64,000 nucleotides of DNA from Myxococcota bacterium (GTDB lineage Bacteria > Myxococcota_A > UBA9160 > UBA4427): contig OZ252299.1 in NCBI GenBank assembly GCA_965250285.1, forward strand, positions 4,640,001 through 4,704,000, given 5' to 3'. Position 1 is the first letter of the stretch. Every line of letters starts with the position of its first letter. Below the pieces are notes generated by a model, which saw only the letters and a list, made by a program, of their open reading frames with translations, had not been told where the DNA came from and did no database searches. A program made the translations under genes and the position numbers. This document shows positions 19,556 to 28,468 of the stretch, in pieces.

Positions 19556-20788
19556 CTACACCGCTCCGCCCGCGGGCCCGTGCCCGGCGCGCTCCGGTGG
19601 ACCGAGTTTCACGACGAGACGATCCGCCTTGCGGCGCGCACCGACGAGATCGCACGTGCGCATGCGGGGCGGCAGCCGAAGCGCGCGGCGCCGCGTGCCG
19701 ACCCGCAACAGCAGCTCGTCGTCGAGCTTCACGACATCGAGCCCTTGATCCGAAGCGCGCACGCCCGCGTCGGCCGAGCCCTCGCCGGCGAGCGGGATGG
19801 TCACGCGGTAGCCATCACCCGACCGGCCGTAGCGGATGCGCGCGCTGCGATCGGCCCCTTCGGCGGGATCGCCGCCGTCGAAGAGCGCCTCACCATGCGC
19901 CTCGAGCGCAGCGATCCCACTCACCTCGTCGGGTCGCAACGGCGCGACGCGCACCGGCAGCGGGGCGAACGCATCCTGCACCTCGCCGAGGCGCTCGGCC
20001 TCGAGCTCGGCCCGGGAAGCAAAGAAGGGCTCGTCGAGCGCGTCCTCGGGCAGCATCCGGTTCATGACGACAGTGTCGCAGGCGAGGTCGAAGAGACAGA
20101 GCTCGGTGTAGGCCCGACGCGCCTCGTCGATCACCATGCGCTCGGGCGTGACGACGAGCCGCACGCTCGTCGACCGATGGGTGAGTCGCGCGCGCAGCTT
20201 CTTGAGCGAATCGAAGACGAACGTCTCGACGTCGCCGAAGACACCGGCATCGGGCAGCGGAGCGGGCACGACGGTGCTCGCGAGGGGCGTCATCACGCGC
20301 GCGATCGCGCCCTGCAGCCGAAGCGCCACCCGCATGCTCGCACGCGCCACCTCGGGCAGGGTCGCGAGGCGCAGCGCGGCGTCGGTCGGTGCGCAGTCGA
20401 CGATCACGAGATCGTGATCGCCCGCCCGAGCGAGCTGCTCGACCGCGAAGAGCGTGGCCAGCTCTTCGGCCCCGGGCAACAGAGCAAGCTCTTCGGCCAC
20501 CACCTCCTCGATGCCCTGATAGCGGAACAGCGAGATCAGATAGTCGCGGATGTGCCCCCAGTGGCGCGCCATCTCGGCGCGCGCATCGACCTCGACGGCA
20601 TCGAGCCCGGGCGCCACCTCGATCGGCTCGGCCGCGAGCCGACGTTCGAGCACATCGCCGAGACTGTGGGCCGAGTCGGCGGAGAGCACGAGCGTGCGCG
20701 TACCGCGGCGAGCGGCCCAAGCGGCCGTGGCAGCGGCGGTCGTCGTCTTGCCCACGCCACCCTTGCCCGTATAGAGGAGCAGCCGCAT
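19556..20788 (-). CDS. ArsA/Get3-family ATPase with C-terminal HSP20-like domain (paralog)
   Basis: GKGGVGKTT, SADSAHSL, DCAPTD; C-terminal ELLLRVGTRRRALRLP. Confidence 0.9.
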   Translation of the reverse strand: MRLLLYTGKGGVGKTTTAAATAAWAARRGTRTLVLSADSAHSLGDVLERRLAAEPIEVAPGLDAVEVDARAEMARHWGHIRDYLISLFRYQGIEEVVAEELALLPGAEELATLFAVEQLARAGDHDLVIVDCAPTDAALRLATLPEVARASMRVALRLQGAIARVMTPLASTVVPAPLPDAGVFGDVETFVFDSLKKLRARLTHRSTSVRLVVTPERMVIDEARRAYTELCLFDLACDTVVMNRMLPEDALDEPFFASRAELEAERLGEVQDAFAPLPVRVAPLRPDEVSGIAALEAHGEALFDGGDPAEGADRSARIRYGRSGDGYRVTIPLAGEGSADAGVRASDQGLDVVKLDDELLLRVGTRRRALRLPPRMRTCDLVGARRKADRLVVKLGPPERAGHGPAGGAV

Positions 20789-20954
20789 GCGGCGACGATA
20801 TCACGCGACGCGCGGTGAACCCGTGCGCGACCGCACCTGAACGTCGTTCGGTCCGGCCGGACCGCGCACACACGTGCCCCCAGCCGCGGCGATCCGCGGG
20901 GCGAGGGACACCTGCTCTCGAGCGGCCGCGCTGCGCGACCGCGGGCCGAGCCGC

Positions 20955-21389
20955 TCAGGCCTGCGCGGCCGCGTCGAGCCGCGATGCGTGTACGAACGCG
21001 ACACGCCCTCGCGAAGACGGCGTGTGCGCGACGCGCGTACGCGTCGTCCATCGGTGTTCGCACCGCGGACATTCCGCGAGGTGGAGCACCCCGGCGGCTT
21101 CGACCTCGTCGACCCGCACCGAATCGCAGCGGCAGACCGGACACGACGTGGTGCGCCGCGTCGGCGGGCCGAGTCGGCGCTCGGCGCGCGTCGAGAAGCC
21201 ACCGCGCGAGGTGGGCTCCGGAGCCGCGGGTTGGGAGTGGGGGTGGGGGTGAGAAGGGGGGTGGGGGTGGGGGTGGGGGTGGGGGTGAGAATGGGGGTGG
21301 GAATGAGGGGCCAGGGCGAGCTGACTCGCCGGTCGGCCGGGCTGGCGCGTGGACTTCGTGATCGTCGACTGCTTGATCATGGACTGCAT
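20955..21389 (-). CDS. Hypothetical protein with His-Pro tract and CxxC-CxxC Zn-ribbon
   Basis: GGAGG RBS upstream of the ATG; PHSHPHSHPHPHPHPHPPSHPHPHS; CPVC...CPRCEHRW. Confidence 0.7.
   Translation of the reverse strand: MQSMIKQSTITKSTRQPGRPASQLALAPHSHPHSHPHPHPHPHPPSHPHPHSQPAAPEPTSRGGFSTRAERRLGPPTRRTTSCPVCRCDSVRVDEVEAAGVLHLAECPRCEHRWTTRTRVAHTPSSRGRVAFVHASRLDAAAQA
21233..21310 (+). repeat. (GGGGGT)n G-rich hexamer repeat encoding the His-Pro tract on the minus strand
   Basis: Run of consecutive G-tracts seen directly. Confidence 0.9.
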
Positions 21390-21661
21390 GGGGGATCGTC
21401 CTCCGTCCGTCGGGCTTCTTGCCCGACACGGGAATCATCCTCACGGGGCGTGACGTTTCAGGTCACAGAGCCGGAAGAAAACGAGAATTCCGGCCGATTT
21501 CGACGAGCGCCTCATCTGATCGGCCGTCAGAAAGTCGCACGATCGGATCGGCGCGATCGTATGATGAGAGATCACCTGGAGCCGGCTCACTGCGCGGCCT
21601 CGAGGCCGTCTCGAGCCCCCCTGCGCCGTGCACGGCCCGCCCGTCCGGAGAGCCCCCGTCG

Positions 21662-23212
21662 ATGCGCCCTGCTGATCGCACGATCTCGCTTTTTCGCTTC
21701 GCCCCTCGCGTCGTCGTCCACCTCTTCTCACTGCTCCTGCTCCTCGGCGGCGCCGTCGCGTGCAAGGACGACGCCGAGACGTGCACGCCCCCCGCCTCGA
21801 ACAGCGCAGCGACCGACACGCCCGCCCCCGCGCTCTCGCTGCCGCCGGCCGACACCGGCGTGCCCTTCTTCCAGGGCACCACGTTCGACCCGGCGAGCGT
21901 CGGCTACGCGCTCTCCGAGTTCGTCTTCGCCGGCGAAGCGCTCGCCGTTGCGAGCAGCGAGCCCCTGACCGAAGACGGCCGCTGGACGACCGGCTACACG
22001 AGCACGGCCGCGGGGTACGCCTCGCGCATGGTCGTGATGCGGCCGATCGACCCAGACGACTTCAGCGGCACCGTCTTCGTCGAGTGGATGAACGTGTCGG
22101 GCGGGCTCGATGCGGCCCCCGACTGGAGCACCGGTCACGTCGAGATGATTCGCCGTGGCCACGCCTGGGTCGGCGTCTCGGCCCAGCAGGTCGGCGTCGA
22201 CGGGGGCGGCGGGATCATCCCCGGCCTCGACCTCGGGCTCAAGACGGTGAACCCCGATCGCTATGGGGGATTGGTGCACCCGGGCGACACGTTCTCGTAC
22301 GACATCTTCAGTCAGGCCGGCATGGCCGTACGTGCGCCGGCCGACATCGACCCGCTCGGCGGCCTGAACCCGGTGCGCGTCGTCGCGACCGGTGAATCCC
22401 AGTCGGCGGCGCGGATGGTCACGTATGTGAACGGCGTCGATTCGCTCGCTCGGGTCTTCGACGCGTTCCTGATCCACAGCCGGCTCGGGGGCGCCGCGGC
22501 CCTGCGCAACGATGCGAGCCCCGACCCCACCGTCGACGCCCCGATCGGCACACAGGTTCGAAGCGACGCACGCGTGCCCGTGCTCGTCGTCCAGACCGAG
22601 ACCGACCTGATCGGTCTCGGCTCGATCAACACCCGACGCGACGATGGCGCGAACTACCGGCTCTGGGAGATCCCCGGCACCGGTCATGCCGACCTCTACA
22701 CCCTCGCGCTCGGCGCGATGGACGTGGGCGGCGACGTGAACACCGCGCGCGTCATCGAGAACGCCACACCGATCCCGGGCATCCTGCAATGCGACGAGCC
22801 GGTGAACAGCAACCCGGCGCACCACTTCGTCTACAAAGCGGCCGTGCGCGCGATGAACGACTGGGTCGAGTGCGGCGAGACGCCGCCCGCGGCGGCGCGC
22901 ATCGCGACGACGACCGAAGACGACTCGACCGTCTTCGAAGTCGATGCCGCGGGCAACGCGCTCGGCGGCATCCGCACGCCGTGGGTCGACGCCGCGACAG
23001 CACTTCACACGGGGGACGGCCAGGGCGGCCTGTGCTTCCTCTTCGGCACGAGCCATCTCTTCGACAACGCCGAGCTCGTCGCGCTGCACGGCGACGTGGC
23101 CACATATCGAGAACAGGCGCGCGCGTCGCTCGACGCGGCGATCGCGGGCGGCTTCATCCTCGAAGACGCCGCCCCGATCATCGAGGCGGCGATCGACGAG
23201 GTCACGTTCTAA
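21662..23212 (+). CDS. Lipoprotein with alpha/beta hydrolase domain
   Basis: Lipobox LGGAVAC; FSGTVFVEWMNV, GESQSA nucleophile motif, QTETD, GTGHAD, GNALGGIRTP. Confidence 0.8.
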   Translation: MRPADRTISLFRFAPRVVVHLFSLLLLLGGAVACKDDAETCTPPASNSAATDTPAPALSLPPADTGVPFFQGTTFDPASVGYALSEFVFAGEALAVASSEPLTEDGRWTTGYTSTAAGYASRMVVMRPIDPDDFSGTVFVEWMNVSGGLDAAPDWSTGHVEMIRRGHAWVGVSAQQVGVDGGGGIIPGLDLGLKTVNPDRYGGLVHPGDTFSYDIFSQAGMAVRAPADIDPLGGLNPVRVVATGESQSAARMVTYVNGVDSLARVFDAFLIHSRLGGAAALRNDASPDPTVDAPIGTQVRSDARVPVLVVQTETDLIGLGSINTRRDDGANYRLWEIPGTGHADLYTLALGAMDVGGDVNTARVIENATPIPGILQCDEPVNSNPAHHFVYKAAVRAMNDWVECGETPPAAARIATTTEDDSTVFEVDAAGNALGGIRTPWVDAATALHTGDGQGGLCFLFGTSHLFDNAELVALHGDVATYREQARASLDAAIAGGFILEDAAPIIEAAIDEVTF

Positions 23213-23294
23213 CTCGGCGCGCCGCGCACCGCGCGGTGCGCAGACCGCCGGCGAGAAGCGGACCGGCGGCGCCGTGACGACGTGCTCGCTCGAC

Positions 23295-24797
23295 TCAGTC
23301 GGCGCGCAGCTCGCGCTTCAAGATCTTGCCCGTCGGCCCCTTGGGCAGCTCGTCGATGATCTCGACGATGCGCGGATACTTGTACGCAGCGAGCTTCTCT
23401 TTCGCGAAGGCAATGATCTCGTCGGTCGTCACCGAGTGGCCGGCCCCGAGCGCTACCACCGCCTTGACCTCTTCACCATGGGAGTCGTGGGGAATGCCGA
23501 TCACCGCGGCTTCGACGATCGCTTCGTGCTCATAGAGCACCTCTTCGACCTCACGCGGATACACGTTGAAGCCGCCGCGCAGGATCATGTCCTTCTTGCG
23601 ATCGACGATCCAGTAGCAGCCGTCTTCGTCGCGGTAGCCGACGTCACCCGAATGGAACCATCCGTACTGCATGGCCTCCTTCGTCGCGTCGGGTCGGCCG
23701 AGATAGCCCTTCATGATGTTGTGCCCGCGAATGCAGATCTCACCGCGCTCACCGTCGGGCAGCACGTTGCCCGAGTCGTCCATGATGCACAGCTCGACGC
23801 CCCAGACGGGGTAGCCGATCGACCCCGCCTTTCGCGGCTTGTGCATAACGGCAAAGCTCGCGACCGGCGACGTCTCTGAGAGGCCGAACCCCTCGAGGAT
23901 GCTCACGCCGAACTTCGCCTCGAACGCGTTCATCACCTCGAGCGGCATCGGCGCGCCTCCGGTGAGGCAGGCCTCGAGGCACGACACGTCGTAGCTGTCG
24001 GCGTTCTCGTGGTGCAGCAAGGCGAAGTACATCGTGGGCACGCCTGCGAAGATCGTGATTCGATCGCGCTGAATCAGCTCGAAGGCCTCGGTCGGCTCGA
24101 ACCGCGGCAGCAACGTGATGGCGCCGCCGGCTGCGATCGTCGCATTCTGAATGCACGTCTGGCCGAACGAATGGAAGAGCGGCAGTGTCGCCAGCGCCCG
24201 GTAGTCGGCCCGGGCGATCGGCGGCATCAGCCCCGGCACGACCTTCGCGCAGTTCACGAAGAGGTTCGAGTGCGTGAGCTCGGCGCCCTTGGGCTTGCCC
24301 GTCGTCCCCGACGTGTAGAGAATGACTGCCGTGTCGTCGGGATTCGTCTGCTCCGGAAAGTCGATCGGATCGGTCGCCGCCATCGCAGCGACGGTGTCGG
24401 GGCCTTCGCCGCCGGCGAGCACGAACGGAACGCCCGCGGCATCGGCACCGCCGCGCCCAGGGGCTTCGAAGAGCGCATGGGCGATGAGCAGCTTCGCCTT
24501 CGAATCGTCGATGAAGTACTCGACCTCGGGCGCCGCGGCGAGCACGTTGATCGGCACCACCGCCGCACCCGCGTAGAGAATGCCGAAGTACGAGATCGTG
24601 AACTCGGGCACGTTGGGGATGAGCAGCGCCACCGTGTCGCCGGGCTGAATGCCGCGATCGCGCAGCGCAGCCGCGACGCCGCGAGCCGCGCGGTCGAGCT
24701 CGGCGTAGGTCATGGCGGCATCGCCGATTCGGATCACGATGTCGTCGGCGTAATCGGTGGCGCTCGCCTGCAGGATGGTGCCGAGGTTGAGGCTCAT
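23295..24797 (-). CDS. Long-chain fatty acid--CoA ligase
   Basis: YTSGTTGKPKG, EGFGLSET, WFHSGD, DRKKDMI, PKGPTGKILK. Confidence 0.93.
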   Translation of the reverse strand: MSLNLGTILQASATDYADDIVIRIGDAAMTYAELDRAARGVAAALRDRGIQPGDTVALLIPNVPEFTISYFGILYAGAAVVPINVLAAAPEVEYFIDDSKAKLLIAHALFEAPGRGGADAAGVPFVLAGGEGPDTVAAMAATDPIDFPEQTNPDDTAVILYTSGTTGKPKGAELTHSNLFVNCAKVVPGLMPPIARADYRALATLPLFHSFGQTCIQNATIAAGGAITLLPRFEPTEAFELIQRDRITIFAGVPTMYFALLHHENADSYDVSCLEACLTGGAPMPLEVMNAFEAKFGVSILEGFGLSETSPVASFAVMHKPRKAGSIGYPVWGVELCIMDDSGNVLPDGERGEICIRGHNIMKGYLGRPDATKEAMQYGWFHSGDVGYRDEDGCYWIVDRKKDMILRGGFNVYPREVEEVLYEHEAIVEAAVIGIPHDSHGEEVKAVVALGAGHSVTTDEIIAFAKEKLAAYKYPRIVEIIDELPKGPTGKILKRELRAD

Positions 24798-24961
24798 GGG
24801 GCGCTCCTGGCTGGGGAGGGTTCGGGGCGGCGGCGCGCGCCAGGCGCGTCGCGCCGCTGTGACGGTCGACGGGGAACGATAGCCCGGATCGACCGGGCCC
24901 CGACGCTGCGGTCGGGTATGATCGGCCGCCCGCCGCGCCCCGCGCGGCCGACGAGGTGCCC

Positions 24962-25864
24962 ATGTCCGAAACCGGCCCGCCCGATCAACCCGCCTCGAAA
25001 CGCGCCCTGTGGCTGCTCGCCCTGGGTGCGGCGGCGGGTCTCGCCGCAGCGTCGTTCGGCTTGATGCAGCCCGGTGAACGAGCGGCACAAGCGCTCCCCG
25101 AGGAGGCGGTCGCGAGCGTCAACGGCGTGTTGATCCAGCGCATCGACTACGAGCGCCTGCTGGCCGGCCTCGCCGCAGACACCCGCAACCCGGTCGACGA
25201 CGACACGCGCCGCCACGTGCTCGACCGGATGATCGACGAAGAGCTGCTCGTGCAGCGCGCGGTCGACCTTGGGCTCGTCGAGGTCGATCGCCGCGTGCGC
25301 GCCGATCTCACGTCGAACCTGATCGAGTCGGTCGTCGCGAGCGCCGAAGACGTCGAGCCGACACGCGACGAGCTCGAGGCGTTCTACGCCGAGAACGCCG
25401 AGTTCTTCACGCAGCCCGGCCGGTGGCGCGTGCGCCAGGTGTACTTTCGGCTGAGCCCCGACACGGACGAAGAAGCGCTCGCCGAGCGCGTCATCGCCGC
25501 CGTCGCCGCGCTGCGCGCAAAGCGCGACATCCAGGACGTCCGGCAGAACTTCGGCGACCAGGAGGTCTCGCCGATCCCCGACACGCTGCTGCCGGCCACC
25601 AAGCTGCGCGAGTACGTCGGCCCGACGGTCACCGAGGCGGCCCTCGGGCTCGAGGTCGGCGAGATCAGCGATCCTGTGCGTTCGGGCACCGGCCTGCACA
25701 TCCTTCAGCTCGTCGATGCCCGCGAGACGGTGTCGCCCGCCTTCGACGCCATCGAGCCCCAGGTGCGCATCGAGTGGCTGAGGCGGCGGGGCGACATCGC
25801 CCTGCGCGCATACCTCGACGGACTGCGCGCCGACGGCGACGTCGTGGTGCGCGAACAGCTCTGA
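24962..25864 (+). CDS. SurA/PpiC-type peptidyl-prolyl isomerase/chaperone with N-terminal membrane anchor
   Basis: VASVNG, LDRMIDEELLVQRA, GEISDPVRSGTGLHIL. Confidence 0.8.
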   Translation: MSETGPPDQPASKRALWLLALGAAAGLAAASFGLMQPGERAAQALPEEAVASVNGVLIQRIDYERLLAGLAADTRNPVDDDTRRHVLDRMIDEELLVQRAVDLGLVEVDRRVRADLTSNLIESVVASAEDVEPTRDELEAFYAENAEFFTQPGRWRVRQVYFRLSPDTDEEALAERVIAAVAALRAKRDIQDVRQNFGDQEVSPIPDTLLPATKLREYVGPTVTEAALGLEVGEISDPVRSGTGLHILQLVDARETVSPAFDAIEPQVRIEWLRRRGDIALRAYLDGLRADGDVVVREQL

Positions 25865-25911
25865 GCTGCGCCCAGGGCGACACCGTGCTGCACGAACAGC
25901 TCTGAGCTGCG
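25835..25911 (+). repeat. Two-copy 41-bp-period duplication of the PpiC-type gene 3' end including the stop
   Basis: GGCGACgtcGTGgTGCgCGAACAGCTCTGAGCTGCG versus GGCGACacCGTGcTGCaCGAACAGCTCTGAGCTGCG; TGA at 25862 and 25903. Confidence 0.9.
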
Positions 25912-25931
25912 GTCGCTCGCCGAGCAGGCCG

Positions 25932-27152
25932 TCAGTCGCGCTGCAAGAGCAGACAGCCGCCGAGGGGGCCTCCGCCGGCGGCGGCGACGGCGATCTTCGG
26001 ATCCCCGTTGACCTGGCGATCGCCGCCCTCTCCCCAGAGCTGCGTCGCGGCTTCGTGCAAGAAGCCGTAGCCGTGCAGCCGGCCCGCCGAAAGCTGGCCA
26101 CCGTGGGTATTGAGCGGAAGCTCACCGTCGAGCGCGATGCGCGCTCCGCCGTCGATGTAGGGGCCGCTCTCGCCCTTGCCGCAGAAGCCCAGCGCCTCGA
26201 GCCAGCTCATCGTGATGAAGCTGAAGCCGTCGTAGAGCTGGGCGACGTCGACGTCGGCCGGCGTGAGGTCGGTCTTCTCCCACAGCATCGCGCCTGCGTC
26301 GCGCAGAGCCATCGTCGTCATGTCGTCGAACTGATCCCACGAGGGTCGGCCGCGGAGCGCAGTGCCGACGCTCGCGACATCGAGCGGGGTCTTGCGCGTG
26401 TCGCGCGCCGCATCGGCGGCGCTGACGATGATCGCGGTCGAACCATCCACGGGGGCGTCGCAGTCGTAGAGACAGAACGGCTCACTGATCATGCGCGCGC
26501 CGAGATAGTCGTCGAGCGTCATCGGGTCACGGTAGACCGCAGCCGGATTCAGGCCCGCGTTCTTGCGCGCGTTGAGCGCGATCCACGCCATCTGTTCCCG
26601 CGTCGTCCCGAACTCGTGGAAGTGGCGCTTCGCCATCATCGCGATCCACACCGCGGCGCTCGCAGCGCCGAAGGGCAGCGTCCACTGCATGAAGCCGCTG
26701 GCGCGAAAGCGGCCCCCGCCTCCCCCGCCGCTCATGCCGATGCCCGCACGGCGCCCACCGCCCTGAGCGGTCGATTCCCAGACGGTCCGAAAGCAGAGCA
26801 CGTGCTTCGCGAGCCCGGTCGCCACGGCCATGCATGCGTTGATGACGCTGCCGAGCTGCCCGGGCAGCTCCATGCCACCGCAGAACCAGTCGAGGTCGAG
26901 CCGCAGCATCTCCTGCACGTCGGTGATGCCTGCACCGGTGAAGCCGGGCGCGCCCGGCACGTTGCCACCGGGATACGTCGAGAGTCCGTCGATGTCGTCG
27001 CGCGTGAGACCGGCGTCGTCGATGGCCGCGAGGCATGCGTCGGCCGTGAGCGAGAGCGGATCCTCACCGAGTCGACGTCCAACCTTCGACTGGCCGACGC
27101 CTGTGATCGCCGCCTGGCCGGCAATGCGGTTGCGCAGATCGGCCGCGCTCAT
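25932..27152 (-). CDS. Thiolase-family protein (SCP2/Ltp2-like)
   Basis: AAITGVGQS, LYDCDAPVDG, QLYDGFS, NTHGGQLSAGRLHG; ATGA overlap with the upstream OB-fold gene. Confidence 0.9.
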   Translation of the reverse strand: MSAADLRNRIAGQAAITGVGQSKVGRRLGEDPLSLTADACLAAIDDAGLTRDDIDGLSTYPGGNVPGAPGFTGAGITDVQEMLRLDLDWFCGGMELPGQLGSVINACMAVATGLAKHVLCFRTVWESTAQGGGRRAGIGMSGGGGGGRFRASGFMQWTLPFGAASAAVWIAMMAKRHFHEFGTTREQMAWIALNARKNAGLNPAAVYRDPMTLDDYLGARMISEPFCLYDCDAPVDGSTAIIVSAADAARDTRKTPLDVASVGTALRGRPSWDQFDDMTTMALRDAGAMLWEKTDLTPADVDVAQLYDGFSFITMSWLEALGFCGKGESGPYIDGGARIALDGELPLNTHGGQLSAGRLHGYGFLHEAATQLWGEGGDRQVNGDPKIAVAAAGGGPLGGCLLLQRD

Positions 27153-27598
27153 GCCTCGCCTCCCGGCGGCTCGCGCTTCCACGTCGAGCCTTCGATCGGC
27201 TCGAAGAGCGGGATGTAGACATCGTCCCACTGCTCGAAGCAGACGCGCACGGGCAGGCCGATCTCGACGTCGTCGGGCTCGATGCCCACGAGGTTCGTCG
27301 TGAGGCGGAGGCTCGGCTGCTCTTCGATCTCGACGATCGCGACGATGTACGGCGGATCGAAGCCCGGGATCCACGGCTGATGGTTGATCGTGTACGAGAA
27401 GACGCGACCCCGACCCGACACGGGTGGGGTCTCGAACTCACGCGAGAGGCACGTGGGGCAGACCGGCGACGGCGGGTGGATCAGCGTTCCGCACGCGATG
27501 CAGCGCTGAAAGCGAAGTTCGCCCTCGGCGCCGCCGCCCCAGAAGTGTTCGTTCTCGGGCGTGACGGCGGGCATCACACGGAAGCCGGGTCGGGACAT
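27149..27598 (-). CDS. DUF35 Zn-ribbon/OB-fold protein (thiolase partner)
   Basis: FW...QRCIACG...PPSPVCPTC; SGRGRVFSYT. Confidence 0.9.
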   Translation of the reverse strand: MSRPGFRVMPAVTPENEHFWGGGAEGELRFQRCIACGTLIHPPSPVCPTCLSREFETPPVSGRGRVFSYTINHQPWIPGFDPPYIVAIVEIEEQPSLRLTTNLVGIEPDDVEIGLPVRVCFEQWDDVYIPLFEPIEGSTWKREPPGGEA

Positions 27599-27630
27599 GG
27601 GGGACGTGCTCTCCTGGGGCGAGCCGAAAC

Positions 27631-28296
27631 TCAGCTGCGGGTCAGTGTGCGCTGCACGATGCGTGCGGTCGTTTCGACCAGGTCGTCGCGCGTGAGGCCA
27701 ACGCCCTCGAGCTCTCGATGGTATGCCGCGAGGCGTTCGAGGATCGCGCCCATGGCGGCCGCGGCGGCAAGCGGGTTGAGTGAGCCATCCCCCGTCGACG
27801 CTTCGCCGCCGCCGACCCGAGCGGCGATCGCGCGCAGCAGGGGCGTCATCGCCCGGCGACGGACCTCGAGAAAGGCCTGGTTGCCCTCGTCCGCGGCCAT
27901 GTTGCGAACGCGCAGCGCAGCGTGATGCGCATCCCAGTGATCGATGAAGGCACTCGCGAGCGCGCGAGCGCGCTCGAGCCCTGCTTCGCCTTCGAACGAG
28001 CCGTCGACGATCTCGATGATCGTCGTCATCTCGTTCGAGGCCTCGCGCGCGAGGCAGAGCACGATGTCCTCGACGTCCTTGAAGTATTGATAGAAGGTCG
28101 CGGGGGACGTACCGACCCGGCGGGCGATGTCGCTCACGCGCAGGTCGCGCAGGCTCTGCTCGTCGAGCAGCGCCTGGGTCGCTTCGAGCAGCTTCTGCCG
28201 CGTCGCCCGCGCGCGGGGGCCGAGCACGCGACCGCTCTGGTCGACGAAGTCACCGGGCGTGGCCTCGGCGCCGGCTCGTTCGGAGTCGTCGGACAT
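27631..28296 (-). CDS. TetR/AcrR family transcriptional regulator
   Basis: TRQKLLEAT...VSDIARRVGTSPATFYQYF helix-turn-helix. Confidence 0.92.
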   Translation of the reverse strand: MSDDSERAGAEATPGDFVDQSGRVLGPRARATRQKLLEATQALLDEQSLRDLRVSDIARRVGTSPATFYQYFKDVEDIVLCLAREASNEMTTIIEIVDGSFEGEAGLERARALASAFIDHWDAHHAALRVRNMAADEGNQAFLEVRRRAMTPLLRAIAARVGGGEASTGDGSLNPLAAAAAMGAILERLAAYHRELEGVGLTRDDLVETTARIVQRTLTRS

Positions 28297-28468
28297 GGCG
28301 TTGGCCCCGTCTCTGCGTGCCCCAGATCGATTCTGACGCCCCGTCAGGTCTTGATCCTATCGCAGATCGCCAGATCGCCAGAGCACGATTCGGACCGGGT
28401 GCGCCGGCCCGGGCGCAGCACCTCGGCGCGCCCCGAACCACCCGATCCGACTGCTAGTTTCCCGATCC

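Noticed and set aside
18407..20788. Arsenic resistance operon
   Set aside because: No arsB/acr3, arsC, arsD or arsR nearby; the HSP20-like tails point to the Get3-like branch.
20931..20982. Additional degenerate 3'-end duplications (here about 30-bp period; also near 997-1041, 7940-7988 and 50138-50260)
   Set aside because: Matches are short and GC-rich and could be chance. They are worth including in a genome-wide test but cannot be supported by eye.
25835..25911. attL/attR of an integrated element restoring a gene 3' end
   Set aside because: The copies are directly adjacent with no cargo, and no integrase is present. A scar from a past element cannot be fully excluded.
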